Part shown: positions 28,420 through 38,092 of the stretch, piece after piece
Position numbering within the stretch: position 1 is the first letter of the stretch
Layout: every line of letters begins with the position of its first letter
Assembly: GCA_021200215.1 (NCBI GenBank)
Contig: JAJQGV010000145.1
Location: 1 to 55,728, forward strand
Source: Ruminococcus sp.
GTDB lineage: Bacteria; Bacillota; Clostridia; Oscillospirales; Ruminococcaceae
DNA length: 55,728 bases
Direction: 5' to 3'
The notes under the pieces: generated by a model
Databases searched by the model: none
Seen by the model: only the letters and a program-made list of their open reading frames with translations
What the model was told of the DNA's origin: nothing
Program-made: the position numbers and the translations under genes

Positions 28420-28900
28420 CTTTTCAACAGGTTTTCCACAAAAAATGTTGAAAGTTGAAAGTAATCTATCCACATGGTTTAGAAGTTTCCACACCACTTT
28501 CAACATTTCAACATCTTTCAACATTGCATTTTTCCACACAATGTTTAAACTGTGGAAAACCTGTTGAAAGATTGTTGATAAGTTGAAAGTTTTCCACATT
28601 TTTTTCAACAATCTTTCAACATCGATTCAACATTTCAACATTGCAAAAAGTTTTCAACTTTTCAACAAGTTTTCAACATTGCCGTTGTGGAAAACTTTGC
28701 TTTTCAAACGACGTACCTACGGCTTTCCAAAAGTTTTCCACAGTTTCAACACCCCCTACTACTACTATCTTTAACTAATATCATATCTATATGTACTTAT
28801 ACTTTATGGTATTATAGAAATTATGGAATTTTCTTCCATCGAATGTATTTTTATTTTTGGCTAAAAAAAAATTTTGGGAATCTAAAAAAAAAAAAAATCT
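28420..28900. other. oriC: oriC (dnaA-dnaN spacer): 8 DnaA boxes, ~16 TTTCAACA-type degenerate boxes, AT-rich unwinding candidate with A8 and A14 tracts
   Basis: TTTTCCACA/TGTGGAAAA at 28432, 28530, 28551, 28590, 28686 and 28734. CTATCCACA at 28466, GTTTCCACA at 28485. A14 at 28884-28897. Confidence 0.85.
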
Positions 28901-28997
28901 AGGGACTTAATTAATATCAATAACTAACGGATATCAAAAAAGGAATCCTAAAGAAAGCCTAAAGGTTAAATCTAAAATTAAGGAGTATATAAGCATT

Positions 28998-30125
28998 ATG
29001 AATTTTAACTGTAACAAATTGGAACTATCTGAAGCCATAACTAATGTTTCAAAAGCAGTTCCATCAAAATCATCTATACCACAACTTGAAGGAATAAAAA
29101 TTTCTTTAACAGATAACAACCTAACACTAACAGGTTATAATTTAGAATTGGGTATAACTACCACAGTAAACGTAACCAACAATGATAACTCTAGTGGGGA
29201 ATATATAATCAACGCTAGACTATTTGCTGAAATGGTTAAAAAGATGCCATCTGATATTATAAACATAGACATAAACAAAGATGGTGATATGAAAGCCCAT
29301 CTAAAGGCATCTAATACTAATTGCAAGATAGCTGTGCTATCTGCTAAAGACTATCCTAATTTTCCTGATACTTCCATGGGTGAAAATGTATCTATACCAC
29401 AACAAGCTTTAAAAAATATGATACATCAAACCATATATGCTGTATCAGTTAATGATATTAAACCAATACTTACTGGTGAACTATTCGATATATCCAATGG
29501 AGAGTTTAATCTTGTGGCTATAGACGGTAAAAGATTAGCTATTAGACATGAAAATATATCTTGCATGGATAACTTTAAGTTCGTAGTGCCATCTAAGACC
29601 TTAGAAGAAGTATCTAAAATACTGAAAGACGATGCAAAAGCTACCGATTGCAAAATAGTAAACACATCTAGCCACATAATGTTCCAAGTGGATAAGTATA
29701 CAATAGTTTCCAGATTACTTGAGGGAGAATTCCATGATTACAAGAAAACTATCCCTACTCAGTTTGATACGGAAGTAATCATAAAGGTTAAAGACTTAAC
29801 CGATTGCTTAGAAAGATGCTCACTACTAATCAACGAAAAAAATAGAGCTCCTATTAAACTAAACTTCAAAGACGATACACTAAAGATATTTTGTGAAACA
29901 CCTCTAGGCAACATAGACGAAGAGATTCACATAGATATGACAGGTAAACCTTTGCTTATAGGTCTAAACAATAGATTCCTCTTAGATTCCCTTAGAGCAT
30001 CTGATTGCGACCAAGTCAAACTCTTAATGAACTCTCCAATAAGACCTATGACCATAGTTCCAATGCAATCAAATAGCTTTACTTTCTTGTTAATGCCTAT
30101 ACAACTGAAAGATAATCAACTCTAA
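28998..30125 (+). CDS. dnaN: DNA polymerase III beta sliding clamp
   Basis: 375 aa, three-domain clamp pattern (LLEGEFHDYKKTIP), position after dnaA. Confidence 0.96.
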   Translation: MNFNCNKLELSEAITNVSKAVPSKSSIPQLEGIKISLTDNNLTLTGYNLELGITTTVNVTNNDNSSGEYIINARLFAEMVKKMPSDIINIDINKDGDMKAHLKASNTNCKIAVLSAKDYPNFPDTSMGENVSIPQQALKNMIHQTIYAVSVNDIKPILTGELFDISNGEFNLVAIDGKRLAIRHENISCMDNFKFVVPSKTLEEVSKILKDDAKATDCKIVNTSSHIMFQVDKYTIVSRLLEGEFHDYKKTIPTQFDTEVIIKVKDLTDCLERCSLLINEKNRAPIKLNFKDDTLKIFCETPLGNIDEEIHIDMTGKPLLIGLNNRFLLDSLRASDCDQVKLLMNSPIRPMTIVPMQSNSFTFLLMPIQLKDNQL

Positions 30126-30274
30126 GGCGGTTATAAGCCCGTATACAAGATTTTAAAAAGTTACTAGTGAAAAGTATAGGCAAATTTTAAAATCCCGTAT
30201 TCAGGCTGTAGAGTGCCTTAGAATCGATTTGTAAAGTTTACCAAATATATCTTATAGAAAGGATTGTGCATCTT

Positions 30275-30487
30275 ATGGAAAGCATGGAAGTTCAAATAAC
30301 TACAGAGTATATCAAACTAGACCAATTACTAAAGTTTGCTGGTCTTACTGATACTGGTGGACTAGCTAAAGAGATTATTCAAGAAGGATTAGTTAAAGTC
30401 AACGGTGAAGTTTGTACTATGAGAGGTAAAAAGATTCATAAGGGAGATGTAGTATCCGTTGAAACTTACCAAGTAACGGTTAAATAA
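30275..30487 (+). CDS. yaaA: S4-domain RNA-binding protein YaaA/RlbA
   Basis: [33 protein letters not shown]...[11 protein letters not shown]. Sits in the dnaN-recF spacer as in Bacillus. Confidence 0.88.
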   Translation: MESMEVQITTEYIKLDQLLKFAGLTDTGGLAKEIIQEGLVKVNGEVCTMRGKKIHKGDVVSVETYQVTVK

Positions 30488-31617
30488 TGTTTATTGAAAG
30501 TTTTTCTGTAAATGATTTTAGAAACCTAAACAATGTGACTATTCAACCCGATAGACACTTAAATATAATCACTGGCAACAATGCACAAGGTAAAACCAAC
30601 CTTATAGAGGCTATATATATATTCACTGGTTGTAAGAGTTTTAGAAACTCTAAGGAAAGTGAATACATTAACCTAAAAAAACAATCTGCTGAGGTTGAAA
30701 TTATGTTTAATAACAGTCAACGTTCACAGAAGATTCACTGCAACCTATCCCGTAGTAGGGGTAAAGAGAAATGTTTTAGCTTAAACGGTGTGGATTTAAA
30801 AGGTTCATCTGCACTGTTTGAACAGTTTAAATGCATAGTATTCATGCCAGATGATATTGAACTTATAAAAGGCTCACCTGAAAAACGTAGAAGTTTTATA
30901 GACCTATGTTACTGTCAAATACAGCCTTCTGCCTTAAATAAACTTCGTAGACTTGAGTTGATAACTGCACATAGAAATGCGTTGTTAAAGTCTATATCTA
31001 TTGGCAGAGATGTTTCTAGTAGTCTTGTACCTTGGAACGTTCAATTAGCTGAAGTTGGTTCATATATCTCATATATGCGTTATAAATACACTTGTATGTT
31101 ATCGAAAAAGGCTACTCAACTGTACTATGAGATTTCAGGTAACTCTGAAAGCCTAAGTGTAGAGTATCAATCTAACATATTCAATGAAGATGATTTTAAA
31201 AATGGTTTCAACAAGGGACTTGCTAAGAAGTATTTAGATGCACTGAACAAACGTACTAATGAGGATATTAAGGCTGGTTATACACTTAGCGGAACTCCTA
31301 GGGACGACATTATATTTAAAATAGATGGACTAAATATAAAGCCATTTGGTTCTCAAGGTCAAAAAAAGAGTACTGCCATAGTTATGAAGTTGGCTCAAGC
31401 AGATATATACTCTAAAAAGACCAATGAAACCCCTATAGTTCTATTAGACGATGTTATGGGCGAATTAGATGCTCAAAGACAGAAATATGTATGTTCAATA
31501 CTAGGTGATACTCAAGTATTTGTTACCGTGTGCAATGAAGAGTTATTTATAAAACACTCAGATGCTAAAGTTTTTATGGTAAACAATGGAAAGGTATCAC
31601 AGAAAGGAAGTTTTTAA
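30487..31617 (+). CDS. recF: DNA replication and repair protein RecF
   Basis: Walker A GNNAQGKTN, signature-like GSQGQKKS, Walker B VLLDDVMGELD. Confidence 0.95.
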   Translation: MFIESFSVNDFRNLNNVTIQPDRHLNIITGNNAQGKTNLIEAIYIFTGCKSFRNSKESEYINLKKQSAEVEIMFNNSQRSQKIHCNLSRSRGKEKCFSLNGVDLKGSSALFEQFKCIVFMPDDIELIKGSPEKRRSFIDLCYCQIQPSALNKLRRLELITAHRNALLKSISIGRDVSSSLVPWNVQLAEVGSYISYMRYKYTCMLSKKATQLYYEISGNSESLSVEYQSNIFNEDDFKNGFNKGLAKKYLDALNKRTNEDIKAGYTLSGTPRDDIIFKIDGLNIKPFGSQGQKKSTAIVMKLAQADIYSKKTNETPIVLLDDVMGELDAQRQKYVCSILGDTQVFVTVCNEELFIKHSDAKVFMVNNGKVSQKGSF

Positions 31618-31623
31618 CGCCCT

Positions 31624-33848
<2,225 letters not shown>

Positions 33849-33850
33849 CT

Positions 33851-34022
33851 AATTTTAGCAAGAATTCTCCCACTGTAAGTAGTGAGATGAATTGCTAAAA
33901 GGAAACTTAACGGCAGTGGTGGGCGGAGAGAAATTGGTATCCCCTACTGACACGAGGTCAATTCATGCGTACCCAATGTACGCATATCGTACTCCGATAA
34001 TATACCGAGCGTGGATTGAAAC
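33851..34022 (+). repeat. Unclassified structured intergenic repeat (candidate ncRNA / 3'UTR element), copy behind gyrB
   Basis: Starts 3 nt after the gyrB TAA. Reverse-complement match at 6793-6970. Hand-folded stems TTTTAGCAA/TTGCTAAAA, CAGTGG(T)GGG/CCCCTACTG and ATGCGTAC/GTACGCAT. Confidence 0.75.
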
Positions 34023-34082
34023 ATAGTTATGTTGTGTGTTTTACACTAAAATATTTAATCTATTAAAAGGAGATTTTTGATT

Positions 34083-34637
34083 ATGGAAAAGGTTAATTTT
34101 CAAAATGCTAAACCTATATTACAGAAAGAATATTCTATTCCACCTCATATGTATGACAGTGCTTTTAAGGATTATCAACGTAAATTTGTCTATCCAACCA
34201 ACTATATTATATCGGCAGTAGTTGCAATCATTGCAATAATAGATATAGTTATGGTTGCAACTGGTAAGTCACCAGCTTTGATAGTTCTAGCCGTACTGTG
34301 TGTAGCAGTAATAGTAGCCGTATGGTTACATACTTCTAGTGTTAGAAAGAAGTTCGTTCAAAATATCGCTAAGGTAAAAGATGAACGTCAGACTGCACAG
34401 TTCTTCGATGATGGTATAATAGTTACTATAATTCCAAAGGGAAGTACCAATGGTGAACAGATAGTTATAGATTTCTCCAAAGATAATGTAAAACTCTTAG
34501 ATAAAAACTATTACTTTATAGCGTATATAGTAAAGTCACATTTTTGCATTATTCCAAAGAAAGTTTTTGACGCTGCTGAGGAAACTACGTTATCAAAGAC
34601 TTTTCAAAAAAAGTTGGGTAGTAACTATATAAAATAA
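34083..34637 (+). CDS. Small two-TM membrane protein (YcxB-like) inserted between gyrB and gyrA
   Basis: Two adjacent hydrophobic helices (IISAVVAIIAIIDIVMVA, ALIVLAVLCVAVIVAVWL) followed by a soluble beta-rich tail. AAGGAG RBS. Confidence 0.6.
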   Translation: MEKVNFQNAKPILQKEYSIPPHMYDSAFKDYQRKFVYPTNYIISAVVAIIAIIDIVMVATGKSPALIVLAVLCVAVIVAVWLHTSSVRKKFVQNIAKVKDERQTAQFFDDGIIVTIIPKGSTNGEQIVIDFSKDNVKLLDKNYYFIAYIVKSHFCIIPKKVFDAAEETTLSKTFQKKLGSNYIK

Positions 34638-34752
34638 TGTTAATATGTTAAATCTGTATAGAAAATATTTATTATATTGTAGCAATTAAATGTTGATATG
34701 CTTATAATATATCAGTTAGCTATGGATATATTTTATATATATCCATGCAAAG

Positions 34753-37329
34753 TTGAAAGGTGTGTGTATAATCTTGTACGATAAAGACAAAGCTAATATT
34801 CTCCATGTCGATATTGAAAAAGAGATGCGAAAGTCTTTCTTAGAGTATTCAATGTCAGTAATAGTATCACGTGCGTTGCCAGACGTTAGAGATGGTCTAA
34901 AACCTGTTCACAGAAGAATATTATATACTCTACATGAAAATGGATTGACTCCTGAAAAACCATATCGTAAGTGTGCCGATACCGTCGGTGCTGTTCTAGG
35001 TAGATATCACCCACATGGCGATAGTTCCGTATATGATGCTTTAGTACGTTTGGCTCAAACGTTCTCACTTAGATACCCTTTAGTAGATGGTCATGGAAAC
35101 TTCGGTTCTGTAGATGGTGACCCACCAGCAGCGTATCGTTATACCGAGGCTAAGATGTCTAAGATAGCCGTTGAGATGCTTACAGATATCAATAAGGATA
35201 CTGTAGACTATCAATCTAACTATGATGATAGATTGAAAGAACCTGTGGTTTTACCATCACGTTTTCCAAACCTACTAGTAAATGGTTCTGTGGGAATAGC
35301 TGTAGGTATGGCTACTAATATACCACCTCATAACCTAGGCGAAGTTATAGATGGCATAGATATGCTTATTAAAAATCCCGATTGCAATTACGATGACTTA
35401 ATGGAAGTTATTCAAGGGCCAGACTTTCCTACAGGTGGTATTATTATGGGTAGGGCAGGAATACGTTCTGCTTATGCTACTGGTAAGGGTAAGATTATCC
35501 TTAGAGCAAAGACTCACTTTGAAGAGGTTAAGGGTAGAAACTGCATAATAGTTACAGAGATTCCTTACATGGTAAACAAGGCTAGATTGGTTGAACATAT
35601 CTCTAACTTAGTTAAGGACAAGAAGATTGAAGGTATTCATTACGTTCGTGATGAATCTGATAGGAATGGTATGCGTATAGTTATAGAACTAAAAAAAGAT
35701 GCTATACCTAACATAGTCTTAAATAAGCTATTCTCCTATACTCAACTTCAAGATACTGTTGGCGTTATTATGTTAGCGTTGGTGGATAATCAACCTAAAG
35801 TTTTGAACCTTAAAGAGATGCTTGTACACTATCTAAACTTCCAAAAAGATGTTATTAAAAGACGTACCATATTTGACCTGAATAAGGCTGAAGAACGTTC
35901 ACATATTTTGCAAGGTTTTGTGTTGGCTACCGACTATATAGATGAGGTTATATCTATCTTAAGAGGTTCAAAGAACATTCCAGAAGGTAAGGCTAACTTA
36001 ATAGAACGCTTTAAGGATATTGATATGGCTAAACTTATCGATAGAGCCGACTTACCTTGCGAACATACTATTGGACTCTCAGAAGTTCAAGCAGATGCCA
36101 TTATTCAAATGAAGTTTGGTCAGTTGACTGGTCTTGAGCGTGATAAGATTATCAATGAGTTGGTAGGTCTATACGAAAAGATTGCTGACTTTAAGGATAT
36201 CTTAGCTAATGATAGCAGAGTATGCCAAATTATTAGCGATGAACTCGCTAACATTAGAAAGAAGTTCAACGATGAAAGACATACCTCTATTGAAAATGTG
36301 GACGGTGAAGTGGATATCGAGGACTTAATTCCCGTTGAAGATTGCGTTATAACCTATACCAACATAGGATATATTAAACGTATGCCTGTAGATACCTATA
36401 AGACTCAAAGGCGTGGTGGTAAGGGTGTATCAGGTATGAAACAACGTGATGAGGATTTTGTAAATGAAATGTTTATAGCATCTACTCATGATAATGTGCT
36501 ATTCATATCGGATAAAGGTATTATGTATAAGTTGAAAGGTTATGAAATACCAGAGGGTTCTAAAAATTCCAGAGGTATTAACTATATAAATCTACTACCA
36601 CTTTCCGAAAATGAAAAGATATCTGCTATGATTAAGACCGAAAACTTCGACAAGGACAAGTATGTAGTAATAGCTACCAAGAACGGTAAGATTAAACGTA
36701 CTAGTCTATCCGATTATCGTAACGTTAGAAAGAATGGTTTAATTGCCATCTCCTTAGATGATGGTGACCAAATCACTGGAGTACGTTTAACTAATGGTAA
36801 CAATGAACTTTTATTAGCTACCAAGTTGGGAAGAATTATCCGAATAGATGAAAATGATGTTCGTGTTACATCAAGATACAGTCATGGAGTTAAAGCTATT
36901 ACTTTACGTAATGGTGATGAGGTTGTATCTATGGCTCGTGTGCGTGAGAATGCTACTGTTTTAACTATCACTGACAAAGGTCTTGGTAGGAGAAGTGCTC
37001 TTGACCTATATAAATCTCAAAGTCGTGGTGGCTTAGGAATTATAAACTATAAAACTTCTGAGAGTAGAGGTTATGTATGTGGTATTAAGGTAGTCGATGA
37101 AACTGACGATATCATAATGATTTCTACAGATGGTATTATCATTCGTATTAAGGCTAGTGATTTACGTCTTATGGGCAGAACTGCTGGTGGTGTTAAGGTT
37201 ATGCGTTTATCCTCTGATGATAGCAGGGTAGTAACATTTACTCGTGCTGAACATGATGATGAAATTGAAATCGATGCTGTAGATGATACTATATTAGAAG
37301 ATGATATCACTGAAGATATACAAGAGTAA
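34753..37329 (+). CDS. gyrA: DNA gyrase subunit A
   Basis: [21 protein letters not shown], active-site AAYRYTE, C-terminal beta-pinwheel repeats, acidic tail. Start uncertain: TTG 34753, GTG 34762 or TTG 34774. Confidence 0.97.
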   Translation: MKGVCIILYDKDKANILHVDIEKEMRKSFLEYSMSVIVSRALPDVRDGLKPVHRRILYTLHENGLTPEKPYRKCADTVGAVLGRYHPHGDSSVYDALVRLAQTFSLRYPLVDGHGNFGSVDGDPPAAYRYTEAKMSKIAVEMLTDINKDTVDYQSNYDDRLKEPVVLPSRFPNLLVNGSVGIAVGMATNIPPHNLGEVIDGIDMLIKNPDCNYDDLMEVIQGPDFPTGGIIMGRAGIRSAYATGKGKIILRAKTHFEEVKGRNCIIVTEIPYMVNKARLVEHISNLVKDKKIEGIHYVRDESDRNGMRIVIELKKDAIPNIVLNKLFSYTQLQDTVGVIMLALVDNQPKVLNLKEMLVHYLNFQKDVIKRRTIFDLNKAEERSHILQGFVLATDYIDEVISILRGSKNIPEGKANLIERFKDIDMAKLIDRADLPCEHTIGLSEVQADAIIQMKFGQLTGLERDKIINELVGLYEKIADFKDILANDSRVCQIISDELANIRKKFNDERHTSIENVDGEVDIEDLIPVEDCVITYTNIGYIKRMPVDTYKTQRRGGKGVSGMKQRDEDFVNEMFIASTHDNVLFISDKGIMYKLKGYEIPEGSKNSRGINYINLLPLSENEKISAMIKTENFDKDKYVVIATKNGKIKRTSLSDYRNVRKNGLIAISLDDGDQITGVRLTNGNNELLLATKLGRIIRIDENDVRVTSRYSHGVKAITLRNGDEVVSMARVRENATVLTITDKGLGRRSALDLYKSQSRGGLGIINYKTSESRGYVCGIKVVDETDDIIMISTDGIIIRIKASDLRLMGRTAGGVKVMRLSSDDSRVVTFTRAEHDDEIEIDAVDDTILEDDITEDIQE

Positions 37330-37341
37330 AGATATATTAGA

Positions 37342-37371
37342 ATACGGAACATCTAAAACGATGTTCCGTAT
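37342..37371 (+). terminator. gyrA terminator hairpin
   Basis: 12-bp stem ATACGGAACATC/GATGTTCCGTAT with a 6-nt loop. Confidence 0.7.
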
Positions 37372-37565
37372 AACATATCAAGATGTAAAATGCGTAACTC
37401 AATAGTGATATCAAAGTGTCTAATTTCAATGTAAATATTGTTATTAAAGAGCTGTATCCATGTCCCATTTTAGCTGATAAGTTTTGCAATCCATTTAGTT
37501 GGTTTATGCCACTTGAATAGTTTGAATCTTTTAGGGCAATAATAGTCTTAAAAGGTGGTGATTTT

Positions 37566-38009
37566 ATGGCTACTATTACTCCACAAGAATATAGTCGAAT
37601 GAGTGACAACGCTTCACCGAAATCCAATGTAGTCTTAGATACTCTTAAAGCTTTCTTAATAGGTGGTGCTATATGTTTAATAGGTCAAATTATATTAAAT
37701 ATCTATCAAGGTATGGGCTTAGATAAAGAAGCTAGTTCTTCTTGGACTTCTATAACTTTAGTGTTGATATCTGCCATACTTACTGGATTTGGTATCTATG
37801 AAAAGGTTGCTAAGCATGGTGGTGCTGGTACGCTAGTTCCTATTACTGGATTCGCTAATGCAGTAGTATCATGTGCTATAGAGAATAGGTCTGAGGGTTT
37901 AGTGTTAGGTGTCGGTGCTAAGATATTTACTATTGCAGGGCCAGTTATACTATATGGTACTGTGGCATCTGTGATATATGGTATAGTATATTGGTTTATG
38001 TCATCGTAG
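37566..38009 (+). CDS. spoVAC: Stage V sporulation protein AC (SpoVAC) homologue, isolated
   Basis: LIGGAICLIGQ...GGAGTLVPITGFANAVV...GPVILYG are characteristic SpoVAC/SpoVAEB family motifs. There is no adjacent spoVAD/spoVAE. Confidence 0.8.
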   Translation: MATITPQEYSRMSDNASPKSNVVLDTLKAFLIGGAICLIGQIILNIYQGMGLDKEASSSWTSITLVLISAILTGFGIYEKVAKHGGAGTLVPITGFANAVVSCAIENRSEGLVLGVGAKIFTIAGPVILYGTVASVIYGIVYWFMSS

Positions 38010-38039
38010 ACTTATTATATAATATAATATTACAAAGAT

Positions 38040-38078
38040 ATCGGAAGTGTACTTAATGTTACACTTCCGATATTTTTA
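38040..38078. terminator. Convergent terminator shared by spoVAC and the GH74-like gene
   Basis: 12-bp stem ATCGGAAGTGTA/TACACTTCCGAT, then ATTTTTA. Confidence 0.8.
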
Positions 38079-38092
38079 TGCAGTCTATTAGA

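Noticed and set aside
28420-28760. Possible CRISPR array suggested by the many short repeats
   Set aside because: The repeats are only 8-9 bp, occur in both orientations, and have irregular 0-30-bp spacing. There are no 25-40-bp repeat/spacer units and no cas genes. This is an origin motif array.
28367-28902. Four ORFs of 63-71 aa in the dnaA-dnaN spacer
   Set aside because: They are read-through of the DnaA-box lattice on both strands (FHT/FNI/WKT-rich translations). They are mutually overlapping and non-coding.
33851-34022. Hammerhead-like (CTGAYACGAGG ... GAAAC) or group II intron domain V-like reading of the structured repeat
   Set aside because: The CUGAnGA / GAAA core spacing is not met, since there is an extra nucleotide before GA. 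No 34-nt domain V hairpin with an AGC triad and 2-nt bulge could be drawn, and there are no intron boundary sequences.
37337-37627. 96-aa minus-strand ORF between gyrA and spoVAC
   Set aside because: It spans the gyrA terminator hairpin and overlaps the spoVAC start. It has no RBS and no recognisable motif.
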